In this document: positions 18,763 to 28,954 of the stretch, one piece after another
Layout: every line of letters starts with the position of its first letter
How positions within the stretch are numbered: position 1 is the stretch's first letter
From: Trueperaceae bacterium
GTDB lineage: Bacteria; Deinococcota; Deinococci; Deinococcales; Trueperaceae
DNA: 64,000 bases
Assembly: GCA_965215565.1 (NCBI GenBank)
Contig: CBDCDZ010000004.1
Location: forward strand, 1,024,001-1,088,000
Direction of reading: 5' to 3'
Made by a program: the position numbers and the translations under genes
Notes under the pieces: generated by a model
Told to the model about the DNA's origin: nothing
Seen by the model: only the letters and a program-made list of their open reading frames with translations
Databases searched by the model: none

Positions 18763-20136
18763 CTAATCCAGCGGTATCTTCTTACCCGGATTCATGATGT
18801 TCTTAGGGTCTAGCGCGCGTTTAAGCGTCCGCATCACCTCTAGCGACGCGCCGTGCTCTTCGTCCATGTAGCGCAGCTTGCGCACGCCGACGCCGTGTTC
18901 GCCTGTAGACGTGCCGCCGAGGTTGAGCGCCAGCTTGACGAGTTGATGGCTGACCTCTGCCACCTTTTCCTTGACGGTCTCGTCCTCTTTGTCGAAGAAG
19001 ATAGCCAGGTGAAAGTTGCCGTCGCCGACGTGCCCGACGAGGTACGCGGTGAGGTCATTCTGTTTGCATAAAGCTAAAGATTGAGTGACCGCTTCAGGGA
19101 GTTTAGAAATCGGCACGGCTAAGTCGGTGACGACGCTACTCTTGCCGGGGTTCGCAGCAACCGTAGCGTAGTAGGTGCTGTGGCGCGCGTTCCAGAGTTT
19201 TTCGCGCTCTGCGGGGTCGGTGCTCGAGTCGAACGCTAGCGCCCCCACCTCTTCCGCCAGCTCTTTCGCTAGTGCCGCCTCCGCTTCGACGCCCGCCGGG
19301 TTGCCGTGAAACTCTAGAAAGACCGTCATCTCTTCGGGATAAGACGTCCCTTGATGGGCGTTGACCGCCGCGATACTCTTGGGATCAATCAACTCGCACC
19401 GCGCGACGGGAACGCCCGCTTGAATTAAAGAGGTGACAAAATGCGTCGCCGCCTCCACATCCCCAAAGGGAACCCGCGCCGCCGACGCCGCTTCGGGCAG
19501 TCCGGTCAGTCGCACGCTCACCTCGGTAATGACGCCCAAGGTTCCCTCCGCCCCGCAGTAGAGCCTCGTGAGGTTGTAGCCGCTCGAGGACTTGCGCGAC
19601 TTCGAGCCGGTGCGGATGACCTCACCTGTCGGCGTGACCACCTCGAGCCCCAACACGAAGTCCGCCGTGACCCCGTAGCGCACCGCCGCCGTGCCCGAGG
19701 CGTTCGTCGAGACCATCCCGCCGAGCGACGCATGTGCGCCGGGGTCCACGGGGAAGAAAAGCCCGTCGCGACGCGAGCGTTCGTTGATCTGCGGATAGGT
19801 CACGGCGCTTTGCACGCGCATCAGCAGGTCTTGGGGCGAATATTCGACGATTTGGTCCATGCGCCCCATGTCGAGGGAGACGCCGCCGCGCAGGGGGACG
19901 GTGTGACCTTCGAGGCTCGAGTTCGAGCCTACGGGCGTGATCGGGATACCGTGCTCATACGCGAACCTGACCACGCGCTGCACCTCTTCAGTGGACTCGG
20001 GATAGACTACCGCGTCGGGCAAGACCGCCTCGTCGTAAGACTCGCCCTTGCCGTGCTGCTCCAGCACGGACGCGCTCGTGCTCACCTGCTCGGGGCGCAA
20101 GAACGCCGCCAAATCCTGCGCGATGCTTTTAATCAT
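18763..20136 (-). CDS. FAD-linked oxidase (GlcD / D-lactate dehydrogenase family)
   Basis: PDAVVYP, SSLEGH, FFPVDPGA, NASGT, GAEGTLG, GHVGDGNFH, TGEHGVG, ALDPKNIMNPGK. Confidence 0.9.
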   Translation of the reverse strand: MIKSIAQDLAAFLRPEQVSTSASVLEQHGKGESYDEAVLPDAVVYPESTEEVQRVVRFAYEHGIPITPVGSNSSLEGHTVPLRGGVSLDMGRMDQIVEYSPQDLLMRVQSAVTYPQINERSRRDGLFFPVDPGAHASLGGMVSTNASGTAAVRYGVTADFVLGLEVVTPTGEVIRTGSKSRKSSSGYNLTRLYCGAEGTLGVITEVSVRLTGLPEAASAARVPFGDVEAATHFVTSLIQAGVPVARCELIDPKSIAAVNAHQGTSYPEEMTVFLEFHGNPAGVEAEAALAKELAEEVGALAFDSSTDPAEREKLWNARHSTYYATVAANPGKSSVVTDLAVPISKLPEAVTQSLALCKQNDLTAYLVGHVGDGNFHLAIFFDKEDETVKEKVAEVSHQLVKLALNLGGTSTGEHGVGVRKLRYMDEEHGASLEVMRTLKRALDPKNIMNPGKKIPLD

Positions 20137-20265
20137 GACTTTAGAGTACGCCTTTAGACGCTTTGACACGACGTGTGTACATAGCGTTTCCACGAGAAGC
20201 TGCTGTAGCGGCTTCTCGTACGAATAGACGCAAATAGAAATAGACGCCATCAGTTGTGTAGCAAT

Positions 20266-20466
20266 GAGCAGGTATCATCTGGTCAGAGTGTACGAAGTTT
20301 TGCGAAGCAACACTCTCACTTTTTAGAACATCGTTTCCTTTTGCTGCGCAAAAACTACGTAATCGGAAAACTGCGTAAGCAGCACGCACATTCTGGGATG
20401 AAATCCCGCTAGTCCTCACGGACAGAGATCTGCGCTCATCCGTCTCAGTATGTTTTGGAACTGCTA
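20266..20466 (+). repeat. Family-1 element with inserts (201 bp)
   Basis: Core plus 21 + (21 with nested 23) + 25 nt. Confidence 0.9.
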
Positions 20467-20470
20467 AATA

Positions 20471-20537
20471 ATACGGATTCCGGTTGTTTACTGCACAAAC
20501 TCTGACGAACCTCTTCTATTCGTAACTGAAACCCGTG
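20471..20537 (+). repeat. Family-2 (TACGGATTCCG-ended) element, partial
   Basis: ATACGGATTCCG...TTACTGCACAAACTCT...AACCCGT, alignable to 57975-58041. Confidence 0.65.
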
Positions 20538-20732
20538 TCTTTTCGACTCGTCACGCTCGAGGTGACTCTTGAAAGAATTGTCCAGAAAGGCACTACGTCA
20601 TCCTACGTAGTGCGCTTTTTTGCGTCCCTGAGCGGCTGCGTAAGTCGATTGACCCACGCGAACTTCGCCCCTCTTTCGCTATGCTCCTTGCAGAACGTCA
20701 CCCAACTTCGACTTCCAGCAAAGGAGCCGTAC

Positions 20733-20978
20733 ATGATCCAGTCCGTTTCTGAAACCGCCCTCTTTACCCCTTCGTTCTCGCTTCAGCCTGACCTGACCTC
20801 ACGGGAGCACGAGGTGCTGAAACTGATTGCTGAAGGCATGACGAACAAGCGCGTGGCTAGGGTGCTCGAGATTTCGCCGCGCACGGTGAGCACCCACCTC
20901 ACCCGCATCTACGGCAAGCTCTGGGTGCGGGGGCGGACAGCGGCTGTGGTGAAAGCGGCGCGGCTAGGGCTCGTGTAG
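20733..20978 (+). CDS. Stand-alone LuxR-type HTH regulator
   Basis: LTSREHEVLKLIAEGMTNKRVARVLEISPRTVSTHLTRIYGKL; AAGGAG RBS. Confidence 0.85.
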   Translation: MIQSVSETALFTPSFSLQPDLTSREHEVLKLIAEGMTNKRVARVLEISPRTVSTHLTRIYGKLWVRGRTAAVVKAARLGLV

Positions 20979-21024
20979 GCACGGTGAGTTTCGAACTCAC
21001 CGCTACGTTACACGCAAGGTCACG

Positions 21025-21963
21025 TTACGAGACGTTTTTAAGCCTCGGATCGAGCACGTCGCGGATGGCGTCGCCTAAGAGGTTGAAACCAACCACCGAA
21101 AAGAAGATGGCGACGCCCGGAAAAATAGACATCCAGGGCGCGCGCAAAAACTGCGAGAAGCCGTCGCGGATCATCAGCCCCCATTCAGGGTCGGGCGGCT
21201 GCGCCCCGAGACCTAAAAAGCCGAGCGCGGCGACGTCCAGAATGGCCACACCGATCGAAAGCGTGATCTGGACGATGAGGGGCGAGAGGCTGTTCGGCAG
21301 GATGTGCCCGAAGACGATGCGGAAAGGATTTGAGCCTATCGCCCGCGCCGCCTGTACGTACTCGGACTCGCGCACGCTTAAGACTACCGAGCGCGTGATG
21401 CGCGTGTAGATAGGCACTTGCGTAATGCTGATCGCGATGAGCGCGTTTGTAAGACTCGGTCCGAGTGTGGCGACGATGGCAATAGCTAAGAGGATGCCCG
21501 GAAACGCCAGCAAGATGTCGACGAGCCACACCACCCCCGTGTCCGTCCAGCCGCCGACGTACCCCGCTAAAAGCCCTAACAAGATGCCGATGCTCGCCGC
21601 GATTGCCACCGCCTGCAAGCCGACGCTTAACGAAATGCGCCCGCCGTGCCAGACGCGCACCGCGAGATTGCGCCCCAGCTCGTCCGCGCCGAAGGGCAGT
21701 GACCAAGTAGAGAGGTCGCGGCGCTCTAACTCTTGAGCGCTCATCGTCCAGCTCGGCGGAGCGAGGCGCAGGCGCAGGTTGCGGTCCGTAGAAGCGTCAT
21801 ATGGTCTCAGGAGGGGCGCAGAGAGCGACAAGAGAATGAAAAAACCGATGATCGCCAAGCCGACGATGCCCGTTGGGTTGCGAAAAAAGCGCCGCAGATT
21901 GTCGCGCCACTGCGCTTCACTCTTGTCGCGTTTTGTAGAGGTGGGGGCGGTGTTTACAGCCAT
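21025..21963 (-). CDS. dppC: Peptide/nickel ABC transporter permease (DppC/OppC)
   Basis: FGADELGR, RISL, AFPGILLAI, EYVQAARAIG, HILPN, LGFLGLG..PEWG. Confidence 0.85.
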   Translation of the reverse strand: MAVNTAPTSTKRDKSEAQWRDNLRRFFRNPTGIVGLAIIGFFILLSLSAPLLRPYDASTDRNLRLRLAPPSWTMSAQELERRDLSTWSLPFGADELGRNLAVRVWHGGRISLSVGLQAVAIAASIGILLGLLAGYVGGWTDTGVVWLVDILLAFPGILLAIAIVATLGPSLTNALIAISITQVPIYTRITRSVVLSVRESEYVQAARAIGSNPFRIVFGHILPNSLSPLIVQITLSIGVAILDVAALGFLGLGAQPPDPEWGLMIRDGFSQFLRAPWMSIFPGVAIFFSVVGFNLLGDAIRDVLDPRLKNVS

Positions 21964-21990
21964 AAAGTCCTTTGGACAGTCAAAAGTTCC

Positions 21991-22050
21991 GAGCAATGAG
22001 CAATGAGTGAAAAGCCTTTGCCTTTCACTTTCAACTCATTGCTCATTGCT
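21991..22050. repeat. Heptamer-based inverted repeat between dppB and dppC
   Basis: AGCAATGAGCAATGAG...CTCATTGCTCATTGCT; related copy at 25121-25194. Confidence 0.7.
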
Positions 22051-22090
22051 TTCAACTGTTTCATGCATAACGGCATGATACGCCCTGTCC

Positions 22091-23146
22091 TCACGAATAC
22101 TGAATACGCGGATCGATCAGCGCATACGAAAGGTCTACGATCAGATTGACGATTACGAAGACGAATGCCACGAAGAGCACGCCGCCCTGGATGATGGGGT
22201 AGTCGCGGGAGCTGATCGCGTCGTAGACCCAGCGCCCGATGCCGGGCCACGAAAAGACTGTCTCGGTCAGAATTGCACCCGAGAGGAGCGTACCGAAGGA
22301 GAGCCCGACGACGGTCACGACAGGCAAGAGCGCGTTGCGCAGGGCGTGTTTGTTGACGACGATGCGTTCGACTAAGCCCTTGGAGCGAGCCGTGCGCACG
22401 TAGTCTTGGCTCAAGACCTCCAACATCGAACTCCGTGTCATCCGCACCACGATGGCTAGAGGAATCGTGCCGAGCGCGATACCGGGTAAAATAAGGTGCT
22501 TAAACGCATTCCAACTCGCCGCTAGGTTCCCGCGCAGCAAGCCGTCTATAACGTAAAGCCCGGTAATCGGCTGCAAGTCGATTCCGGTGCTGAGCCGAAA
22601 CGACGAGGGCAGCCAGCCCAGCGTGATCGAGAAGATATAGATGAGGATAATCGCGAGCCAAAAGACTGGAAACGAAATCCCGGAGAGCGCGAAGAGCATC
22701 ACAAAGGTGTCGGCAAATTTGCCCCGGTTGAGCGCCGCCCACACCCCCGACGGGATGCCCACCGCCAGCGCGAAGAGCATCGCTACGAGCGTCAGTTCAA
22801 ACGTCGCGGGGAAGCGCGAAAGCAAGCTTTCGCGCACGGGGATGCGCGAGAAGATCGAGCGCCCCAAGTCGCCGCGCAAGAGGTCGCCCATGTAATCAAA
22901 ATATTGGGAATCGAAGAGCGCGCCTACGCGCCCCGTTTCTGCCAAGGCCGCCGTGTTGAGAAAGAGCGGCTCGTTGAGCCCCATATCGTTTCGGAGCCGC
23001 TCGCGCTGCTCCGGCGTGCTGCGGTTGCCGAGCATCGCGACAGCGGGGTCGCCGGGAATGATGCGCGTCAGCGTGAAGATAAGGAGCGTCACCCCGATGA
23101 GCACGGGGAGAAGCCCGAGGATGCGGCGGAGGGCGTAGGCGGTCAA
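22091..23146 (-). CDS. dppB: Peptide/nickel ABC transporter permease (DppB/OppB)
   Basis: PGDPA, GDLGRS, FPATFEL, RMTRSSMLEVL..DYVRTARSKG, ETVFSWPGIG, RDYPIIQG. Confidence 0.88.
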   Translation of the reverse strand: MTAYALRRILGLLPVLIGVTLLIFTLTRIIPGDPAVAMLGNRSTPEQRERLRNDMGLNEPLFLNTAALAETGRVGALFDSQYFDYMGDLLRGDLGRSIFSRIPVRESLLSRFPATFELTLVAMLFALAVGIPSGVWAALNRGKFADTFVMLFALSGISFPVFWLAIILIYIFSITLGWLPSSFRLSTGIDLQPITGLYVIDGLLRGNLAASWNAFKHLILPGIALGTIPLAIVVRMTRSSMLEVLSQDYVRTARSKGLVERIVVNKHALRNALLPVVTVVGLSFGTLLSGAILTETVFSWPGIGRWVYDAISSRDYPIIQGGVLFVAFVFVIVNLIVDLSYALIDPRIQYS

Positions 23147-23272
23147 GAGGCGAACCTGACCCTACGCGAACATCCGTAAACGTTGCACTGACCGAACTTA
23201 AAGAAAATATTACTCAGTAACGGCTTCGCGCCTCTGTCTCTCAAGCTATCCTCCTCTTAAAATAAAAAGAGA

Positions 23273-23293
23273 GGGACACCTCAAAGGTGTCCC
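23273..23293 (-). terminator. Hairpin/terminator downstream of dppA
   Basis: GGGACACCT-CAA-AGGTGTCCC with adjacent A-rich tract (U-rich on minus strand). Confidence 0.55.
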
Positions 23294-23310
23294 AAGTCAA
23301 TGCTAGCGTT

Positions 23311-24876
23311 TTACTCTACCGTTACGTCTTTCAAACTGACCGAGCTGTACCCCAAGGGGCTCGCGTTCCAGCCGCTGACGTTCGAGCGAACCGCGTTCAG
23401 CGTCACGTTATGCGCTACCGGAATCGCCGGGATTTGCTCGTGGACGCGGGTTAAAACTTGTGCGTAAAGCTCGGCGCGTTCCTCCTGCTCGGAGGCTTCG
23501 CGAGCTTGCTCCAAGAGGTTGACCGTCTCGGGGTCATCCCAGCCGAAGTCATTGGTCGCCGAGGGACCAAAGAAGGTGTACAAGAAGTTATCGGGGTCAG
23601 CGTAGTCGCCGTTCCAACCAAGCATGTACATGGGGTATTTGCCTGTGGAGTAGTTGTCTAGGTACGTCGTCCAGTCTTCGGTTTGCAGCTCGGCGTTGAT
23701 GCCTACGTCCGCGAGATAGCTCGCAATCGTCTCGGCGATGGGCTGCGGCGCGGGGTAGTAGGGACGAGAGACCGGCATAAACCAGAACTCGGTGTCGAAG
23801 CCGTCGGGGTAGCCCGCTTCGGCTAGGAGCTGACGCGAACGCTCAGGATCGTACTCGTACTGCGAGAAGTCGGCGTGACCGAAGAGCGTCGGCGGGATAA
23901 AGTCTACAGCGGGCGTGCCGAGACCTTCGTAGAAGGCGTCGACGATGGCCGCGTAGTCGATGGCGTGGGCAACCGCTTCACGCACCTGTGGGTTATCAAA
24001 GGGCGCGTTCGCTTGGTGAAACCCGACATAGCCGACGTTAAGTTCACTTTCGGGCACCGCAATCTCTAAGTTGGGGTCATTCTCAACTGTCGTGAGGTCG
24101 TCCGAGGAAAGCAGGGCGGCGACGTCGAGTTCGCCCGCTTGCAAGGCCGCGAGGCGCGCGGTGGGCTCTTCGATGCCGCGAATTACGACCTCTTCGACGT
24201 TCGCTGCGCCGTCCCAGTAGTCCTCGTAGCGAGTCAGACGAACCTGCTCGCCTTCACGCCACTCAGCAAATTCGAAAGGACCTGTGCCGACGCTACCGAC
24301 GCCCGGTGTGCCGTAGTCCGCGCCCGCTTCTTCGACGGCGGTAGGGCTGTCCATCTGGAAGTAAATAGCAGCGATCATGTTGGGGAAAAGACCCAGCGGC
24401 TTGGTGAGGACGAACTCGGCGGTGTATTCGTCAACGACGTTGACCGCCTCGAGTACACTGCCGTCCCCTATCGGGCCGCCCCAGACCCAGCCCCAGGGCA
24501 CGTAGTTCTTGCCCTCGTCGCGGAAGCTGAAGGGGTGATCGGGGTCGTTCCAGCGGTCGAAGTTGAACTTCACCGCTTCGGCGTTAAAGGGCGTGCCGTC
24601 TTGGAAGGTGACACCTTCGCGGAGCGAGACCGTCCAGACGGAGCCGTCTTCGTTGGGCGTCCACTCGGTAGCTAAACGCGGCACGAGGTTCGTCGTACCC
24701 GGCTCGAAGAAGATGAGCGTCTCGGTGATTTGGTTCGACACGGCGAGCGAGTTGCCGTCTTGCGAATCGACGGAATCCAGGCTCGAGGGAAAGCCCGAAA
24801 GCCCGTAGACGAGCGTCTGGGCGTTGGCTAGACCAAACGCTAAAACGAGACTTAGTAGAATGACGAGTCTTTTCAT
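23311..24876 (-). CDS. dppA: ABC transporter peptide-binding protein (family 5)
   Basis: Signal peptide; LATEW, LREGVTFQDGTPFNAEAVKFNF, GTGPF, VREAVAHAID, GWNGDYADPDNF. Confidence 0.88.
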   Translation of the reverse strand: MKRLVILLSLVLAFGLANAQTLVYGLSGFPSSLDSVDSQDGNSLAVSNQITETLIFFEPGTTNLVPRLATEWTPNEDGSVWTVSLREGVTFQDGTPFNAEAVKFNFDRWNDPDHPFSFRDEGKNYVPWGWVWGGPIGDGSVLEAVNVVDEYTAEFVLTKPLGLFPNMIAAIYFQMDSPTAVEEAGADYGTPGVGSVGTGPFEFAEWREGEQVRLTRYEDYWDGAANVEEVVIRGIEEPTARLAALQAGELDVAALLSSDDLTTVENDPNLEIAVPESELNVGYVGFHQANAPFDNPQVREAVAHAIDYAAIVDAFYEGLGTPAVDFIPPTLFGHADFSQYEYDPERSRQLLAEAGYPDGFDTEFWFMPVSRPYYPAPQPIAETIASYLADVGINAELQTEDWTTYLDNYSTGKYPMYMLGWNGDYADPDNFLYTFFGPSATNDFGWDDPETVNLLEQAREASEQEERAELYAQVLTRVHEQIPAIPVAHNVTLNAVRSNVSGWNASPLGYSSVSLKDVTVE

Positions 24877-25253
24877 AGCACCTCCAGGGGGTACGCCTGA
24901 GCCATACCTCGAGCTATACCTAACGAGAGAAAACGGTTTTCGTTAGCGAAGTCCATATGCGCAGGCTGCCCAATGCCGATATGAATGTTATCACACGTTT
25001 ATGCACTTAGCGCAAGAGGTCAGCGTTAATGAATACGCGGCGCGCTCTTACCTAGTCAACGCGAATTGAGGGGTCAGCCAGTCGGTGGGTCAGCGTTATA
25101 TGGAGCAGCGATGAGGAACGAGCAATGAGTGAAATCTTTAGACTCACCGTTCGTCCAGCTCGACTGGATTGCTTCCAACTCATTGCGCATTGCTTCTTTA
25201 CGAGCAGCTCGAGCCCAAAATTCACCTCGGCAAATGCTACGATAGAGGGAGCT

Positions 25254-27529
25254 ATGTCAGCCATCTACCAGCGCGCGCGCCCCATCACCTTCGCTCAAGT
25301 CGTCGGTCAAGACCACGTCAAAAGCGTGCTCAAAGCGGCGTTGGAGCGCGGACGCATCGGTCACGCTTATCTCTTCTCGGGACCGCGCGGCGTCGGCAAA
25401 ACGACGACGGCGCGGCTCTTGGCGATGGCAGTGAATTGCGAGAATGAGGACGTGAGTCAGCGTCCTTGTGGCGAGTGCGAGTCGTGCTTGTTAGTGCGAA
25501 GAGGTAGTCACCCGGATGTCACCGAGTTGGACGCGGCGTCGAACAACTCGGTGGAAGATATTCGCGATTTACGGGAAAAAGTTCGGCTCGCCTCACTTAG
25601 AGGGGGCAAACGGGTGTGGGTTTTGGACGAGGCGCACATGCTGAGTAAGTCGGCGTCGAACGCGCTCTTAAAGACGCTCGAGGAGCCCCCACCCAACCTC
25701 GTCTTCATCCTAGCCACCACCGAGCCCGAAAAGCTCCCGCCGACGATTCTCTCGCGCACCCAGCACTTTCGCTTTCGCAGACTTTCAGAGGGTGAGATTG
25801 CGGGCAAGCTCGAGAGGTTGTGCGCGGAGGCGGACGTCGCGGCTGAGAAGGACGCCCTTACCCTAGTCGCAAAAGCTGCCGACGGCGCGATGCGGGACGC
25901 GGAATCGCTGTTAGAGCGACTTTTGACTTCGGGTGAAGCCATTACCCAAGAGGACGCTGAAGCCGCGTTGGGATTGCCGCCACGGTCGAGATTGCAAGCT
26001 CTGGCGAAGCACCTCGTGGGCCGCGATTTGAACGCCCTTTTCACTGAAGCGAGCAGTCTCTACACTGATGGATTTGCGCCGCGCAGCCTTTCTGAGCGCC
26101 TCAAGCTGACCTTGCGTGAGGCCCTTTACACGTCAGTCGGTTTGGCGGATGACTTTCGCCTAGACGCCGCGCAAGATGACCTCTTGCGCGTCATCCACGC
26201 CCTCGACGACGAGGCGGAGCGCTTTGTCCGCTATGATGACCTCTTCTCACTGGAGGTCTCTCTCATCAAAGCGATGAACGCCCTCTCCGGTAACGCACCG
26301 AGCGACGCCGTGGCGGAACTGCCCGAGCGAGCACCCGCGCCAAATAGAAACGGGGCTGCCGCGCAGCCGCCTACGCGCTCCAGTCTGCCCGACTTCGACC
26401 CCGTCGGACGCACGCCGCCTCAACCTCTTTCAAATGGGGTTTCGAATGGTGCGGCGCGAGTGGCGGAGAGGTCTGGAGAACATGCACCTCAGAATGAGCC
26501 TCGAGCCGAATCCGCACCACCTCCCCGAAAGGTTAACTGGCACAGCGTCCAGAGCAAAGCCAGCGCCCAACTCAAAGCCTTCTTGATGCCCGCCAAGACC
26601 GACATCGAGGGTCAAGATATCTACTTGCGCTTCGCGGACACGCACAAATTTCACTTTTCGCAACTCAAGAGTCGCCAGGGTGAACTCACCTCTCTGGTGA
26701 GCGACGTGCTAGGCGGCGGCTACACGCTGCACATCGAAGGACCGGGGGAGTCGCTTGTAAAAAAGTTGTAGCGGAGCGTGCCGAGGGGGGCGCTCCGACC
26801 AAGTCAGTCGAATCTAAGCCAGTCGAACCCAGGCGAGCAGAACCCATCCGGGCTAAGCGTCAACCGAGTGAGCCTCAATGGAACGGGGTTCAACAGGGCG
26901 TAACTCAACAGAGTGAGCCTCGAGCCACCGCTCAGCAAGTGTCTAATCCAGAAGTTAAGCCCACAGCGGCTGAGGTTGAAGCCTCGAGTTCCCCACAATC
27001 AGAACGGAGACAGGTAAAACCGCGCCGCGAACCACCCGGACGCACGCCCGACACGCCACCGCCCCACGTCAATCCCGAAGAAGCCACGCCCAAACCCAAA
27101 GCGATCCCTAGCTCGGAGGCAAAACCTGTTCCCCCTGCTGAAGATGCGCAGCCCGAACGAACCGCGTCTGAGAGTCTTTACGGGGAGGAGTTGCCGCCCG
27201 ACTTTTGGGACAGTGACCCGGTTGCTGATGTCGACGTTCAGTCGGTCACACAAGATGAACCTAGACCGGATGAGGTTGAGTTCGCGGGCTCGGGCCGCTC
27301 CTCTCCAGCTTCACAATCCCTAACGCCACAGCCCGGACCGCAACCCAGGCAAAAGGTTGGCGGGAAGCTCGAAGATGACCCCCGCTTCGCCGTGATGCAG
27401 TCTCTTTTTCCAGGACAAATTGTCGAATGGCAAGAGAGCGAAGAGGTTACAGACGAAGAGGTTAGTGGAGAAGACGCGGACGAACCCAGTGCGGATGACT
27501 CCAACGAAGAGGTTGACGGGTTAAACTAA
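25254..27529 (+). CDS. dnaX: DNA polymerase III gamma/tau: 0-frame stop at 26771 (505 aa), -1 frameshift extension to 27529 (about 758 aa)
   Basis: HAYLFSGPRGVGKTT, PCGECESC, ELDAAS, DEAHML, LLKTLEEPP; A_AAA_AAG at 26759-26765; -1 frame open from 26765 to 27529. Confidence 0.88.
26744..26797 (+). promoter_or_regulatory. Programmed -1 ribosomal frameshift signal
   Basis: SD-like GGGGGAG (26744-50), 8 nt, AAAAAAG (26759-65), 6 nt, stem CGGAGCG...CGCTCCG (26772-97). Confidence 0.8.
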
Positions 27530-27577
27530 GATACTGACACGTCAACCCCTGATCTTTGACCTTTAGAGGAGCGACTT

Positions 27578-27889
27578 ATGAACATGCAAAAGCTGATGAA
27601 AGAGGCGCAAAAGGCGCAGAAGAAGATGGCGGAAGCGCAGGAGCGTTTGGCGAACATCTCCGTCGAGGGCAGCGCGGGCGGCGGCCTAGTCACAGCGACC
27701 GCGAGCGGCGACGGCAACATCACGGGCATCAAAATCGACCCGAGCACCGTTGACCCCGAAGATGTCGAGCTGTTAGAAGACTTAGTCGCAGCAGCGGTAA
27801 ACGAAGCCCAACGCAAAGCCAAAGAGGTCCAAGAAGCCGAGATGGGCTCCGCGATGGGTGGCATGGGCGGACTCGGGGGGATGTTTTAA
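27578..27889 (+). CDS. ybaB: YbaB/EbfC nucleoid-associated protein
   Basis: MNMQKLMKEAQK, GSAGGGLV, DVELLEDLVAAAVNEA; between dnaX and recR. Confidence 0.92.
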   Translation: MNMQKLMKEAQKAQKKMAEAQERLANISVEGSAGGGLVTATASGDGNITGIKIDPSTVDPEDVELLEDLVAAAVNEAQRKAKEVQEAEMGSAMGGMGGLGGMF

Positions 27890-27974
27890 GGGAGCTATTA
27901 GGTATTAGCAATTAGCGATTAGCGAAATTCAAAAGCTAAGCGCTAAAAGCTAACGGCTAAAAGCTGCGTAGCTT

Positions 27975-28565
27975 ATGAAATACCCTCCCGCTTTAATTCA
28001 ACTCATTCGCGAACTCGGGCGGCTCCCCGGCGTCGGTCCTAAGAGCGCCCAGCGGCTCGCCTTTCACCTCTTTAACCAGCCCGAAGAGGACGTGAAGGGG
28101 CTCGCCCAAGCCCTCCTCAACGCTAAAGGCTCGCTTAAACAGTGCGAGGTTTGCTTTAACATCACCGACGAAGAGGTCTGCTCGATTTGTAAAGACGCGC
28201 AGCGCGAGCGTGGGCTTCTCTGCGTCGTCGAAGAGCCCGCTGACCTCTTGGCGATTGAACGCAGCGGCGAGTACGGCGGGCTTTACCACGTCCTGCACGG
28301 CGCACTCTCGCCCATGAACGGCGTCGGACCGGACCAACTCACCATTCAACCTCTCTTGACGCGCCTTAAAGATATCGACGAGGTTATCTTAGCGACGGCG
28401 ACGACGGTGGAAGGGGAAGCGACGGCGATGTATTTAGATAGACTTCTTAAAGACATCGGGGTTAATTCGTCGCGTATCGGCTACGGGCTGCCGGTTGGCG
28501 GGAACTTAGAGTACGCTGACGAGGTCACGCTAGGGCGGGCGATTACGAACCGGCGGATGTTGTAG
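27975..28565 (+). CDS. recR: Recombination protein RecR
   Basis: LPGVGPKSAQRLAF, C4 zinc finger, YHVLHG, EGEATA, GLPVGG.LEYAD..TL. Confidence 0.96.
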   Translation: MKYPPALIQLIRELGRLPGVGPKSAQRLAFHLFNQPEEDVKGLAQALLNAKGSLKQCEVCFNITDEEVCSICKDAQRERGLLCVVEEPADLLAIERSGEYGGLYHVLHGALSPMNGVGPDQLTIQPLLTRLKDIDEVILATATTVEGEATAMYLDRLLKDIGVNSSRIGYGLPVGGNLEYADEVTLGRAITNRRML

Positions 28566-28567
28566 CG

Positions 28568-28954
28568 TCACCACCGCGTAGCGACTTCATACTTCCTAAT
28601 GTCTCTGTCAGCAGTAAGGAGCGTCATATTCTCGTATTGCGCTTGGGCAATGAGTAATCGATCAAAAGGGTCACGGTGGTGCATCGGCAAATTTACGACA
28701 CCTTGGCAGTGACCCTTCTCGAGAAACAACCACTTTACGCTATTAGCGACAAGTTCACTATCCAGGGTTCTTTGCCAGTTACCTCTGAGCCCTAACTTAC
28801 CTAAACTCTGTTTAATACAAATTTCCCAGTAGCTTACCGCACTAAGAAACAGTTCGTTATCCGCATCTAAAAAAATTTCTTCCGCTCCTTCACTTAGCCT
28901 ATCGTCGCCTCGGACAAGCCACAAGAAGGTGTGTGTATCGAGCAAGATGTTCAC
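28568..28954 (-). CDS. vapC: PIN-domain toxin
   Basis: LLDTHTFLW, SYWEI, HRDPFDRLLIAQA, LLTAD. Confidence 0.92.
   Translation of the reverse strand: MNILLDTHTFLWLVRGDDRLSEGAEEIFLDADNELFLSAVSYWEICIKQSLGKLGLRGNWQRTLDSELVANSVKWLFLEKGHCQGVVNLPMHHRDPFDRLLIAQAQYENMTLLTADRDIRKYEVATRW

Noticed and set aside
19441..20157. Long antisense or alternate-frame ORFs inside genes (e.g. 238 aa here, 205 aa at 12620, 201 aa at 45069)
   Set aside because: Typical shadow ORFs of GC-rich coding DNA with no recognisable motifs.
24880..25250. SRP RNA upstream of dnaX
   Set aside because: No TCAGG..GGAA..AGCAG helix-8 motif found.
26939..27529. Stand-alone 196-aa hypothetical protein
   Set aside because: No RBS; the frame is open back to the dnaX slippery site, so it is better explained as the tau extension.
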